Below, one piece after another: positions 44,935 through 56,834 of a stretch of 64,000 nucleotides of DNA. The first letter of the stretch is position 1, and every line of letters starts with the position of its first letter. Below the pieces are notes generated by a model that saw only the letters and a list, made by a program, of their open reading frames with translations, made no database searches and had not been told where the DNA came from. Source of the DNA: Hormiphora californensis (lineage: Eukaryota; Animalia; Ctenophora); the NCBI GenBank assembly GCA_020137815.1, contig CM035355.1, forward strand, positions 3,224,001 to 3,288,000, read 5' to 3'. Both the position numbers and the translations under genes were made by a program.

Positions 44935-47862
44935 TCAGGGATACCTGATACATATCGCACTTTCAATGTATTCTACTAGCCCGAGTGTTCCTTTACAGGC
45001 ATAGTCAAATATGAGGGCATCTTGAACTGCTTTGTATTGCCGATTACACGTGGCAGCGTTTAGGAACTTGGTCACTCCGTCTGTGGTTACCCCGTGTCCT
45101 GCAGGAAGATATACTGTCAGGCCAATGCTCTGACTGCTGACAGAAGATATAGAATTATGCTCTCTTTTCGGAGCGTGTTCGTCTCGGCATTGCGCGTCGC
45201 GGGTGCAGGAGCTAGCCCGGGTGAGCGAGCTAACAATAGTGAACTTCCATGCGATATAGTACATCGCGCGCATGTAATTGCACTATTGTTAGCTTGTTCG
45301 CCCGGGTTTGGTACAGTCTGCGACGCGCAGTGTTGAGACGAACACGTTCCGAAAATGCAGGATAACTTGTAGAACGAGATGGAGATAGGTTGGAGCTACT
45401 CTCACTGAACTAAGTACAAGAGGGTCAGCGATGCCTGGTAGGGTTGGATGGTCTAACAGAGAGAATGATAGGAAAGAGAGATACTCAGTGAGTATTACTC
45501 ACCCTCGTGTATGTGACCGAAGACGTGGTAGGAAGGTTTCACTCGAGTTTGAACTGCTTTTAGTAGATTAACACACCCCTCATGTGTCCCCCCTCTTGCT
45601 AAGTCACCATGCCCTGAAACAGGAATAGTCCAAATAGTGCACATTATATCTCGGGAAAAAGGAAACTAACTAAATGATGGTAGGCGGTAAATGTTAACCA
45701 GATCTGTGAGTTGGATCCATCGCATCCTATTCTCGCTCCGCGAATAATAGGATCCCGGCCCGTTGGTAGCAAGAACTCACGTGCGCGCGATGTAAAGCAC
45801 GTTTTCAGCAGTGGGACTATCAAATCGCGCGCGATATACTGTTTTAGCAGGCATTTTTAGACGACATAGCACTACCAAAACCCCAATTACCGCCTCAATC
45901 GGCACTTTGATGTATCGGCGGGTATTTTCCCATACTCACAAGGCCATGACGATTCACCCAGTACCCGCAGATTGTCCCAGGACCGAGTAGGAGCTTGCAG
46001 CCAGGTCTTTAAAGAATTGCTCATGTTTAGCGTCAATTTTGACCCACTATTCCTCAAATGCTGATACTCGCGGGTATTTTCCGTATAACTAGAGACAATT
46101 ATCTGCCAGGAGCAACAAACGAGATGAAAATCGGTTCAGTAGTTCCTTGCAGCCAGGTCTTTGAAAAAGTTTGCTCTAAAATCAATAACGCGCCGGAGGC
46201 CTAGATGTGAGATCGATCTCGGTCGCTGCGCGACCTCGATCTCACTCAGGCATCAATGTGGCCAAATCTGTGAGAATTTTGCACGTTTTTGCCCATAACT
46301 CAGCCATTTCTTGACCAATTTGCAAAATCTTTGGCTCATTGGAAAGAGGACATTGAGATCTCTCAAATGAGCACAAGAAAATGAAAATTGGCGTAAATTG
46401 CGCGGCGTGGTGGCGAAAACGCGCATTTTGCGCCATGACGCCGCGCATTTTGCGCCGATTTTAATTATTTTGGGCTCATTTGAAAGAGCTCAATGTCCTC
46501 TTTCCAACGCGCCCAAGATTATGCAAATTGGTCAAGAAATGACTGAGTTATGGACAAAAACGTGGTTTTGCACGTACGTTTTCTCTCAGATCTGGTTAAC
46601 ATTTACCGCCTACCCTAAATGATTGCATTACTTCATCATACTAGGAACTACTAAAACTCTCACAGCCACTGACAGAGCGCACTCTTTTTTAAATAAAATG
46701 CACCGTGAGCCACACACTACTAACCAACAGGTGGAGCACACTACTAACCAACAGGTGGAGCACTATACTTACCAACAGGTGGAGCATGTGTTAGAAGGAT
46801 CTCAGTATCATCAGGTATCTTGCTCCACACGTCCTCTAACAACTCCCCTCTATCCAGATTAAAGGCCCAATTAGCAAACTTGGGCTGCCTGAGGGAGAGG
46901 TTTTTTTTAGATTAGGAACTTGATCTATGTGATAATCTTCCACGATCGAATCAACCAATAAACGTACCACGGTGATCCGTATATCTTGATGCCCTGAACA
47001 CTGGTAGAACTATCCTCTAGATAGGTGCAGCAGGCCCTTAACTCCTCTAGACAGGCCTCTCTGAGCTCAGGGGCTGTAGTATCAGGTGGTAGTGGCCGGG
47101 TAGTCCTGATAGCATTAGCATCAAGACCCAGCTCGTGGTTTCCTGGCAAAGAGAGGGCTGGGAATGAATATTTCTTGATAAACGATTATAGCCATTTTGG
47201 GGGTTATTGGGTAACTTAGTGAGATGTGATGTTACTCAACAAGTACTGACTACTGGTAGTGAAAATCACAATTACCTGCAATGACAATCTTGTGCTTGTG
47301 TGGTAGCGATTCCATAAGGTGTCTAAACTTCTTGAACTCTCCCAGTGTGCCGGCATTGGTCATATCCCCTGCATGCAACAACACATCCCCGTCAGGAACT
47401 GTTATAGACAGGTCTCTACTGTGGGTGTCGGACAAACAGACAAACCTAAAACAGTATGGGAGTTAGAGGGAAGAAGAGGAGATGTACAGTCGGACCCCGA
47501 TTTAGTGGCCCCCGATTTAGTGGCACCCCGATTTAGTGGCAGGATTTTTCCCCCCCCAAGGATGCCACTAAATCGGGGTCCGACTGTAATTGGGAATCAG
47601 CTGGAAGAGACCAACTTAGAAAAAGTACAAAGAGGGAATTAGCAGGCCGGGAGTCAGCAGGGGTTTAGCTGGGAGTATACATTTGTCGAATCTAGAAACA
47701 CTCCCCCCACGTTTACCTTACATGCCCATCAGGTTTAGGGGTATCTGCAGAGACTGGTTCCAGAACCTGGTATCCTTTAGATATCATAACTCTCTGTGCC
47801 ACTTTGTCAGGTGTCTCAGCCCACTCAGGTTTCCATGCACCCCACATCTTAGGTTCAGTCAT
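44935..47862 (-). CDS. MPPED: Metallophosphoesterase domain-containing protein (MPPED1/2-like), 6 exons
   Basis: Exons 47862-47717, 47445-47276, 47142-46968, 46888-46773, 45613-45503, 45098-44935. Motifs RFVCLSDTH, LLHAGD, VIAGNHE, IYGSPWQP, WAFNL, LLTHAPPVGHGD, GCVNLL, HVFGHIHEGHG, FLNAATC. Confidence 0.9.
45165..45355. mobile_element. ~190-bp MITE in the last MPPED intron
   Basis: ttttcggagcgtgttcgtctcggcattgcgcgtcgc ... gcgacgcgcagtgttgagacgaacacgttccgaaaa imperfect inverted repeat. Confidence 0.65.
45679..46614. mobile_element. 936-bp non-autonomous DNA transposon, 9-bp TSD, 32-bp TIR (Merlin/MULE-like)
   Basis: ctaaatgat|ggtaggcggtaaatgttaaccagatctgtgag ... ctctcagatctggttaacatttaccgcctacc|ctaaatgat. 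Confidence 0.88.
47485..47588. mobile_element. ~100-bp Tc1/pogo-type MITE (TA|CAGT termini)
   Basis: ta|cagtcggaccccgatttagtgg ... ccactaaatcggggtccgactg|ta; related relics at ~1870-1930 and ~22240-22261. Confidence 0.8.
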
Positions 47863-48072
47863 AACTTGTAAAGCTAAAGAATACAGATAAAATGTGTCAG
47901 AAAGTTGGTTCCATTTTGTTTGTTTTTCCCACGGTCAGCGTATTTTACACAGAGCGTGGGAAATAATGCTGCGCGTCGCGCCAACATCTCTACAGCTGTA
48001 GCAGGGCGCGTCACGCACACTTTTAGTTTTACAGAGGGTTTGTACTGGGTGACTGGGTGTGTGATTTGGTGC

Positions 48073-49084
48073 TTAGTTAGGGAAAATTAGCTAAATAACC
48101 AGCAAATTATCGGCAAAATTTTTAACAAGCTAAATCCTTCACTAAGTGACCCTAATGGATCCTCTGAATCACCAAAAAAAAGTACCAGCCGATCGGGCTT
48201 GCAGAAGGCCCTTATTTCCGGGTGGGCGCGGCACCTGTATTTTCAGCCTGAGGCAAAAACCATAAGTACCCTTAAAATAGGAGTAGAGATAAAATCGAGG
48301 GCACCAAAGTGATCAGCGACCTCGCATTAGTGGGGGTAGGTGCCGGAATTAAGTCTCTATCTCATCTGGTTAATTAGATAATTGGATAATTAGGTTTGCG
48401 TGTGTACCGTTTTTTGGCTATATGGCTATAGCCACTTAGGAATGATTTAGAGACTTTTCATTGGTGCCATTTTGTTCAGAAGAAAATTTTAGAGAGGAGT
48501 TGTGGAAAAATTTAGGGCCTATCTCTTACCGTTTTGGCGTTATTAGCCGTCAAACTAGGCCAAATTAGTCGAAATTTCGCGAAAATGTCAAAAATTGAGT
48601 TAATTGGCCTAGTTTAACGGCTAATAACGCCAAAACGGTAAGAGATAGGCCCTAAATTTTTCCAGAACTCCTCTTTAAAATTTTCTTCTGAACAAAATGG
48701 CACCAATGAAAAGTCTCTATACCATTCCTAAGTGGCTATAGCCATATAGCCAAAAAACGGTACACGCGCAAACCTAATTATCCAATTATCTAATTAACCA
48801 GATGAGATAGAGACTTAATTCCGGCACCTACCCCCACTAATGCGAGGTCGCTGATCACTTTGGTGCCCTCGATTTTATCTCTACTCCTATTTTAAGGGTA
48901 CTTATGGTTTTTGCCTCAGGCTGAAAATACAGGTGCCGCGCCCACCCGGAAATAAGGGCCTTCTGCAAGCCCGATCGGCTGAAACTTTTTTTTGGTGATT
49001 CAGAGGATCCATTAGGGTCACTTAGTGAAGGATTTAGCTTGTTAAAAATTTTGCCACTAATTTCGGCTAATTCTCCCTAACTAA
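48073..49084. mobile_element. ~1-kb foldback element (arms ~490 bp)
   Basis: ttagttagggaaaattagc ... gctaattctccctaactaa; near-perfect inverted repeat centred on tttcgcgaaa (~48580). Confidence 0.85.
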
Positions 49085-49447
49085 TAATAATAATAATAAT
49101 AATAGACGTGCTTATATTCCGCCCATATCCTCCAGGGGCAACAGATCAAGAGATAACTGCTGCCACTGAAAGACAATCAGAGCGGGATACAAAGCTAGGG
49201 AAAAAATTTACTCTATCAAGACCATAATGGAATATAACTGACTTACAACGGCTCACATATCGTGGGAAAAAACTGAAGAAAATAACTGACATATAATGAT
49301 AAACTGTCCAAAAAGAATCCTTGGTAAACAAAATTCACACTGCTTCACACTCTGTCCACTCGTGCTTCAAACCCTCAAAAAATGCTTAAAATAAAAACCG
49401 ATACAACTGTTCCAAACACACTGGAGATAAAAAACTGATACAAGCCT

Positions 49448-52400
49448 TCAGGAAGTACTTACTCCATAAGCCTCAGTGAAGAGTCGGGTCTTAAGTCTTG
49501 TCTTGAAGGAATCAACAGACAGAAGAGATCTGATGTCCAAAGGAAGTTCGTTCCACAGACTGGGTAGAAATACAGAAGGTCGCCTTCTCCTCAATTTAGA
49601 ATTAGCGTTGACACTTGAGAGTTTCGGGTACTGGAGCCTGAACTCATCCGGAACAGCATTGGCTCTGGTAAAACGCAAGCTATCCACACCCTCACACGCT
49701 GGCACTTTGTCGGTTAGATAATCTGGAGCAGTTCGATGAACGACCTTATAAGCTGTAAGACATGCCTTGAACACAATCCTCTGTTCAATAGGAAGGACAT
49801 GCATTTCCTTCAGGTAGGGAGCATAATCATCTTGATGTCCGTGTAGACCATAGACGAACCGAACACAAGAGTTGAGTGTTTTCTGTAGGCTGTTGATGTG
49901 TTTCTTCGGGAGTCCACAATACAGTATGTTACAGTAGTCCAACCTCGAAATAACTAACTGTTTGACAAGGAGGATCTTCATAGACTGGTCCAAACATCGA
50001 TTGATCTGCCAAAGGTTCCTCAGGATCATACCACACTGTCTCTTGACACTGTTAACCTGTCGTTCCATAGTGAGTTGGCTGTCAAGGTAGACGCCAAGGG
50101 TTTTACCTGTAGTTCCTTTAAAATCTACTGGAAAGATTTCCGTGCCTCCAAAAACAATTGAGGGTTCATAGGCTAGCTTCTCTAGAGCTCCACTCTTTCC
50201 AAGTAACAATAGCTCCGTTTTGGCCTCATTACACCTCAGCCAGTGCTTCACCATCCAATCCTTCACCTCCTTCAAACAATCCTCAGCATTACCTTTCACT
50301 GCTAGCCATCCTTCATCATCATGAGGAACCAGACTCATATATAACTGTGAGTCATCAGCATATAGTTTTATCCTCAGCCCATACTGTTCAACAAGGTCTT
50401 GGAGTTCCTCCACATACAGTAGGAACAAGACAGGTCCCAACAGAGAACCCTGTGGGACACCACATACTAGCTTGACAATTCCAGAGAGTTTTCCTCGAAC
50501 GTTAACTCTGTAGCTTCTGCTTCCAAGGTAGCTCTCAAACCAATTGAGCGCTGCTCCACAGATTCCAAACCGACTATTCAACACTTGGACCAGCTTGATG
50601 TGGTCAACGGTGTCGAATGCAGCACTCATGTCCAGTAAAAGAAGTGCCATGACATTTCCTCTATCCATTTCCTCAAGTAGATCCTCAAACATACCGGTTA
50701 ACAAGGTTTCACAACTATGGCCAACCCTATATCCTGATTGGTTCTTGTTCAGTAGGCTGTTATCCTCCAGGTAGCAGGTCAATTGATCCAATACTACCTT
50801 CTCGAGAACCTTCGAGATAAACAGCAGGTTTGACACTGGTCGGTAGTTCTGCAGACTGTCACGGTCACCTTGAGTATTCTTTATCGTAGGAAACACTAGG
50901 GCTTGCTGGAACGCCTCTGGAACAGTCGAACTCCTAATAGATCCATTAACCAGCGTAGTAATCCACGGGGCGAATTCACGAATACATCCCTTCACCAACC
51001 AAGTGGGGATGATATCCAGATCACATGTCTTGTCCGGCATATCCTTGATGAGGCCCTTGATATATTCCACCGACACCTCCTCAAACTGAGCAAGCTTGCA
51101 TTCCGGATCAGTCCTCACAGCCTCTCCATCCTCCAGATCACTTTGTTCCTCAAACACTGATGTACGGATCTTATCCACTTTACTACTGAAAAATTCCGCG
51201 AAGTCCTCTGCTAGCTTTCCATCATTACCAGATTCCGGTAGGATACTCTCAGCTTTGCCCAGGAGGCGGTTAACCTTCCGTTGCAAACCTTTAGGATCAC
51301 CTTTTGACTCCTCTAGATTTTTCTTGTTGAAACCAATCCTCGCGTCCTTGTCCACTTTTCCAAACTGTCTCTTCAAGTCATTCAACTGGGCTTTCCGTAT
51401 CGGAGTCTTGTTCTTCCGCCAAGCCCTCTCAGCACGTCTGCGTAGTTTCAGCACGTCTTTGACACTTTCATCTTCTCTCCACGGCCTTAACTTCTTCCCT
51501 CTTCGTCTTTTCTTGAGTTCAACAGATTTCTCCACAAGGTTGCCAAGAGTCCTCTCATAGATCTGGAAGTTTTCCTCGGGTGATTCAGCTACAAGAAGAT
51601 CCTCCAGTCCAAGGTTCCGCAATGCTTTCCTGAACAGTTCAGGATCCACAGATTTAAAGTCTCTGTACATGTCAATTTGTTGCTTGCTTCGAAAATCCAC
51701 ATCCTCAGTTTTAGTGACCAGTTCACTCAGAACCATATAATGGTCTGATTCAGTACCATCCTTCAGTATTTCCACAGATCGAAACTTCGTTTTGATATCA
51801 CTCCGACAGATCACCAGATCAAGCGTTCCACCTCTGGTGTGGGTCGGTTGACATGGAGTGAGTTGCTCCAGCCCAAAAGAATCAAGGAGCTTTAGGAACT
51901 TCTCTGCATAAAAGTCAGAGAGGTCTTGTACTTGGAAATTGAAATCACCCATCAAGACGGGGGACCCAGTCCGCAGGTTAACATCAGCTAAGTAGTCCAC
52001 AAATTCCTCAAGAAACGAAGCAGCAGTAAACCGTGCCTTTCCAGTGTAAGGAGGACGATAGATATTACACAATCGAACCATACCTTCACCCGCTCCAATA
52101 AGTACTTCCTGTACTTGGAAAGACTTGAATGTTTTCCTTGTCGGAGATAATCTCACTCTGACCCCATTTCTGTACAAAACCCCAATTCCTCCTCCTGATC
52201 TTTCCGCTCTGGGAGAAGAATAAATGTCCCATCCATACTCTCTTATTTCCTGAACTTTTGCTGTGTCTGAGTTCTTGAGATAGGTTTCTTGAACCAGACA
52301 GATGTCACACTGATTATCCTCCAGGTGATCCAAAACTCCAGCTGTCTTGTTCATTAGCGAATGGACATTTAGCGTACCAATCCGCCATACCTTTTCATTT

Positions 52401-52504
52401 TCAGATCCTCCCATGCCCTCGTCATGTACAGGTTTTTTTGCTCCTTGGTTACTCCAGTAGTCGTCTCCATCAACCTTCCTCTGGCATTGACATAGAATGG
52501 ACAC
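49448..52504 (-). CDS. LINE ORF2: apurinic-like endonuclease plus reverse transcriptase (1018 aa)
   Basis: LNVHSL, VQETYL, IYRPP, MGDFN, PTHTRGGTLDLV, SDH; RT motifs NYRPVSNL, LLDMSAAFDTVDH, GVPQGSLLGPVLF, YADDSQLY, SRLDYCN. Confidence 0.97.
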   Translation of the reverse strand: MSILCQCQRKVDGDDYWSNQGAKKPVHDEGMGGSENEKVWRIGTLNVHSLMNKTAGVLDHLEDNQCDICLVQETYLKNSDTAKVQEIREYGWDIYSSPRAERSGGGIGVLYRNGVRVRLSPTRKTFKSFQVQEVLIGAGEGMVRLCNIYRPPYTGKARFTAASFLEEFVDYLADVNLRTGSPVLMGDFNFQVQDLSDFYAEKFLKLLDSFGLEQLTPCQPTHTRGGTLDLVICRSDIKTKFRSVEILKDGTESDHYMVLSELVTKTEDVDFRSKQQIDMYRDFKSVDPELFRKALRNLGLEDLLVAESPEENFQIYERTLGNLVEKSVELKKRRRGKKLRPWREDESVKDVLKLRRRAERAWRKNKTPIRKAQLNDLKRQFGKVDKDARIGFNKKNLEESKGDPKGLQRKVNRLLGKAESILPESGNDGKLAEDFAEFFSSKVDKIRTSVFEEQSDLEDGEAVRTDPECKLAQFEEVSVEYIKGLIKDMPDKTCDLDIIPTWLVKGCIREFAPWITTLVNGSIRSSTVPEAFQQALVFPTIKNTQGDRDSLQNYRPVSNLLFISKVLEKVVLDQLTCYLEDNSLLNKNQSGYRVGHSCETLLTGMFEDLLEEMDRGNVMALLLLDMSAAFDTVDHIKLVQVLNSRFGICGAALNWFESYLGSRSYRVNVRGKLSGIVKLVCGVPQGSLLGPVLFLLYVEELQDLVEQYGLRIKLYADDSQLYMSLVPHDDEGWLAVKGNAEDCLKEVKDWMVKHWLRCNEAKTELLLLGKSGALEKLAYEPSIVFGGTEIFPVDFKGTTGKTLGVYLDSQLTMERQVNSVKRQCGMILRNLWQINRCLDQSMKILLVKQLVISRLDYCNILYCGLPKKHINSLQKTLNSCVRFVYGLHGHQDDYAPYLKEMHVLPIEQRIVFKACLTAYKVVHRTAPDYLTDKVPACEGVDSLRFTRANAVPDEFRLQYPKLSSVNANSKLRRRRPSVFLPSLWNELPLDIRSLLSVDSFKTRLKTRLFTEAYGVSTS

Positions 52505-53646
52505 AGATTGCTGGACGCTGGGTGAGATTTGGCGAACTTCTTATCCTCTCTACTTCCACCTACATCACAATTGACACACTTCATTTTTCCTCCATCGTTG
52601 CTCTTCCTGGCTTGGCACTGACGGGTATCATGGTCACCCGAGCAAAATGCACAGACTGGGCTCTTGTCCCTATTGGGACAATACACTGATCCAGCTACAT
52701 GACCGTACCTCTGGCAGTGAAAACACTGTGTCACATAGAACCTGTTTCTTACAGCGTGCTGCTTGAGCTTGAGGTAAATCCTGTCATTGTTGTTGGAGAT
52801 TGCCTTGCGAACTTCAGGAGGTACTTGGATGACTGCATATTTCCCAGCCTGGTTTACATGAACAATCTTGATGGTATGGCCAGATTCATGAAGTTGTTTC
52901 ACAGTCTCATTCTTCTCACTCAGAAGTGCCCCCATCAGTGCTTCCTTGTTCAGTAGGTCTGTATCAAGGTCATTGATCATCAGACGAGGATCCTTCTTCT
53001 TCTCTTTTTCGACGACTGATGTAACATCCAAGAATGGAGATAAAGCTTTCTCCGCTTCTTTCATGTCATCATCAGTGGCAAAGTACAGCTGCGTGTGCTT
53101 CTTGTTAACAGAGGTATCAAGAACAGGGATGTTCCTCAATGCCGTTTCAACCTGTGGCTTCAGCAAGTTAGCCCATTTCTTCTCACATATCGGAGTCTCA
53201 CTGTCTCCTTTATCCTTGATATTGACATACCGTTTGACAGGTGTCGAGGGTGGTGATTTCTGTATTTCCAGGTGCTCCGGTCTCTTCTTGGCAACAGTGG
53301 GCGCAAGAATCTCATTTACTAATCCAGGTAGTGTGTCGAGGAGGTCCTGTCTCAGCTTCATGAAGCTATCTTTCAGGTCATCAGACGTCATAGATACCGT
53401 CGACAGTTCAGACTCAGATGATGAGGTGCTACATCTGGATTCCGCGGGGAGAAACTCATAACACATCAGTAAAACTTTCCACATAACATCCTTGTTAATT
53501 TGACTCGGGGCTTCAGCTTTTCCTTCCTTCATGTGTTTCATAACAGTCATTCCAGTGCACTTTTCAAAGGTTGTATCAGACAACTTACGTGCAAATTCCT
53601 CTTTGTAATCGTTTGATCGGCCATAATGGGTTGCCACTCCCGACAT
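52369..53646 (-). CDS. LINE ORF1 (425 aa) with three C-terminal CCHC-type zinc knuckles
   Basis: CFHCQRYGHVAGSVYC, CAFCSGDHDTRQC, CVNC...HPASSNLC; overlaps the ORF2 reading frame by 136 nt. Confidence 0.9.
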   Translation of the reverse strand: MSGVATHYGRSNDYKEEFARKLSDTTFEKCTGMTVMKHMKEGKAEAPSQINKDVMWKVLLMCYEFLPAESRCSTSSSESELSTVSMTSDDLKDSFMKLRQDLLDTLPGLVNEILAPTVAKKRPEHLEIQKSPPSTPVKRYVNIKDKGDSETPICEKKWANLLKPQVETALRNIPVLDTSVNKKHTQLYFATDDDMKEAEKALSPFLDVTSVVEKEKKKDPRLMINDLDTDLLNKEALMGALLSEKNETVKQLHESGHTIKIVHVNQAGKYAVIQVPPEVRKAISNNNDRIYLKLKQHAVRNRFYVTQCFHCQRYGHVAGSVYCPNRDKSPVCAFCSGDHDTRQCQARKSNDGGKMKCVNCDVGGSREDKKFAKSHPASSNLCPFYVNARGRLMETTTGVTKEQKNLYMTRAWEDLKMKRYGGLVR

Positions 53647-54501
53647 CCTGTCCTGTAAATAGAGGGGCGAGGAGCCGCTCCACCAAGGTTTGGCGGCTTG
53701 GCTTTAGCCCAACGAGGTCTTCCAAGGTCCGCTTAATATAGAGAGAGACAGAAACCAGAATATTCTTGTCTTGTCTTTGGAGGGGATTAAGCAGATGCTT
53801 AGAAGATTAGCGAGGGGCAGTTAAACGGAACCTCAAATTAATTTGTTTAAAGTAGTGTTGAAAAGTTTGAAACTAGCTACAGGAAGTTGAAGTTGACTAT
53901 CGCTGCCTTGTTCAAACCTCTCTCACAGTGCCTATCGGAGTGTTCATGAGTTAAGAACGGGAAGTAATTTTGATATCTCCTTCTGGTGATCAAAGTTAAG
54001 CCAACTTTCACCGCAAATATCCCAAGTACAGTCATGGAGTTACCACAATTCTGATCAGGGTACAATGTCCTTCCATACACGGTGTCCTAGTAGTAATCTA
54101 TTTTAGCATCTTTTGTCGGTCTAACTTGCTTGTGAGTTGTGAAGTTTCTATGAAACAAGATAGGAACATGAGGTCAGAGCTGTTGTTCTAGAGGCCCTTT
54201 GTTCCTGTAGACAAAGAACAGTTACCTGTCCATTTGTCCTATTCTTGTCCAATTGTCTAAAGGGACCGCCGTGTCTCGAGTCTTTGTGCCAAAACTTCAA
54301 CTCATGTTTCGCCTCTTCTTTTTTCTTCTATGTCACATTGGGTGGGCGAGTCTGAAGTACTCGCCCTCTCGGTCACTATTTTCTGTCAGAAGCACCTCTC
54401 CGTGCTTCTTCATTAAATTTTTTTCTCCCCGTATCTTAGTTGATAACCCATTAGGGCCCAATTATATTCTTACTGTTTTACTAGTGTTGTACGAACCAAG
54501 G

Positions 54502-55805
54502 ATGAAATGTTTGGTTTTCCTTGTCCTCTTTACACTGTCCCAATCAATTGGTGAGTATCTAGGTCCAGATCAATTTCTAATAAGTGTGCCATGATGCGCT
54601 AGATAATTTGAATGGGGTTCCCCCGAGCGACCTCTTTATATTATGCTAGAGCAAGAGCTGTCAGACCGCCCTCACCCCTCTAGATTGGCAAAAGGTAGTC
54701 CCGTTAACCTACTACCCTCTAACTGATGATGGGGAGTTTAGTTTTAAAACTAGCTCCCTTACTTCCTCAAGTGCTGTCTACACTGTCCTCTATGCTGGAA
54801 ACGATCATAGTTTCAGTATTGAGATCAACAAGCTGACCACCAAACCCTATATGTACATCTACGGGTGTGGCACTCAATCTTTGTCCCCTGTTCCATCCCT
54901 AACGGGGATCAAGACTTGGGTGGTAAATGTTGGGAAGAAGGTGCTGACAGTACAGATTGAAGGAGTGGAGGTGATTTCTGTATCATCCGACTGTGTGGCT
55001 TCATATAATTTCACCGAATTCTTGGTGCATCCTGTATATGATACTGTCATATCTGAAATCTACGACAATGAAACAGGTTATTATTATTAGCTTTATTTTT
55101 GGTAGTATCCACCGTTACTTTCTGATCGCCGAAGCGTGATCCAAGACTGGCGCCAAGCCACATCGTGTTCCTAAATAAATCAAGTTCTAATCATAAACCA
55201 TTCAGAATTGGCCATTATTTTTAGTTTGGGTTCCAGTTCTGGATAGGTTGGTGACTATAGAGGAAGGGAAACAACTACTAGTTCAGTCATCCACACAAAA
55301 AAATGAACGCAAGTACATGACCCTTACACACTACAGGTATGAAATGATGAATCTACTGATATATGGGGGGGGGGGGTCTACTGATATTGTCATGTCTCTG
55401 GTTCCTGATAAGATACAGAAATTGTTTTGGTAAAGACTTTTCCAACGCAACGAAGAACAAGCCCTGTTTTAAACCATTACCAAAATTTTCACAGGGGATC
55501 GAGATTTGTTGGCCACATAATTCTATACTTTGGTAACACAATTCTTTACTGGATAAGTTACTGTACCTCAAACTACGCCATCCTCCCCATCGACCCCACA
55601 CTTAATACTGATGATAATGTGTGGGGCTTTTACAAGAGCGACACAGCCCTACATATTAGTGTCAATGGTCAAACTGTCCTGGAGTACACGTTTAGTCTCA
55701 GTAGCTACAGTTATTGTACTAGCACTTGGAAGGATCATGTAGACACTGCCGTATTTTCTGGGAATACAGGGGTCTCTAAATACTACGCTTTGGTGCCCTG
55801 GACAG
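54502..55805 (+). CDS. Putative secreted protein with two related beta-rich domains; exon structure incomplete, 3' end unresolved
   Basis: Signal-peptide exon MKCLVFLVLFTLSQSI|gtgagt (54502-54550); exons ~54771-55076, ~55225-55317, ~55495-55805 share a Y.I..C....(L/V)P......W........L.(I/V).(I/V).G..V pattern. Confidence 0.55.
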
Positions 55806-56188
55806 GTAACTAATGATCTACTTAATCAGCATCCATTTACTGCATGAAGTCTTCAAAAATTAAACTTTGCCAATCGAAACAGTTTTTAACACAGATATCA
55901 ATTATTCGTCATGCTTATGAAGACCCCCTTTTTGGCTCAGATTGGGTCGGTTTTGAGACACACATAATGTAACGATCATGCTGCATTCGACTCACATAGT
56001 TTCAGAATTCAGACACTCGACAGCTGGTCAAGCAAGACAATTTCAGATCAAATTTTGTGTTTTTCAATCGATTTGGAAAGGAGAAGTTGTTATGTTCTAA
56101 GCAAAGGAGAAGGGGGTGTCACCTAATATTTTGTATCATCAAACGTGCAAAAAATGATTCAGCACATGTTACAAAATGTAACGGGGCA

Positions 56189-56506
56189 GGTTAGAGGTAA
56201 AGTCACCCACTTTTTAGCACCAAATTTAGACGTTTTTGGCCATAACTCAGCCATTTCTTGGCCAAATTGCTTCATCTTGGGCTCTTTCGAAAGAGGGAAT
56301 CAAGCTCTTTCCATAAAACCAAAGTTTCAGCAAAATTGTGAAGAAATGACGGAGCTATGGCGCGAAACGCCTTAAAGAGCTCGACACCCTCTTTCGAACG
56401 AGCCCAAGAAAAAAGCAATTTGGCCAAGAAATGGCTGAGTTATGGCCAAAAACGTCTCGTGCACGTACGTTCATGTGCCACAAAGTGGGTGACTTTACCT
56501 GCTACC
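56189..56506. mobile_element. 318-bp MITE with 9-bp TSD, related to the 45679-46614 element
   Basis: aacggggca|ggttagaggtaaagtcacccactt ... aagtgggtgactttacctgctacc|aacggggca; internal cataactcagccatttcttg also at ~46294. Confidence 0.8.
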
Positions 56507-56834
56507 AACGGGGCACGGTGCCCCGGGCACCTTTTTAACTTTTCATCCAAAATATTTATTTATTTATTCAATCTAATTTGTATACATTGAATCACAATCA
56601 ACATACACGCCCCTTCTTGCATGCACAAATTACGAACAAATGCATTTTGATTAAATTTATTCTTTTTTTTCCAAAGTTTTCTCCTTCTCTGAGTGTCAGA
56701 GTCGCCCTGTAACAAAGTGCAAACGTTGGGGGAAGTGGAAATACTTAAAAGATCGATGGGAAACCGGAAAAGTGAGAAAAGATCCGCTCAAAAAAGAAAA
56801 ACTGTTTTGATTTCAAAAAGAAAATCATGATCAT

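Larger units (their letters stand above)
49085..54400 (-). mobile_element. Non-LTR retrotransposon (L2/CR1-group LINE), apparently full length; 5' boundary approximate
   Basis: Two intact ORFs, ~340-nt 3' UTR and a (TTA)n tail (taataa... at 49082-49103 on +). No clear TSD found. Confidence 0.85.
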
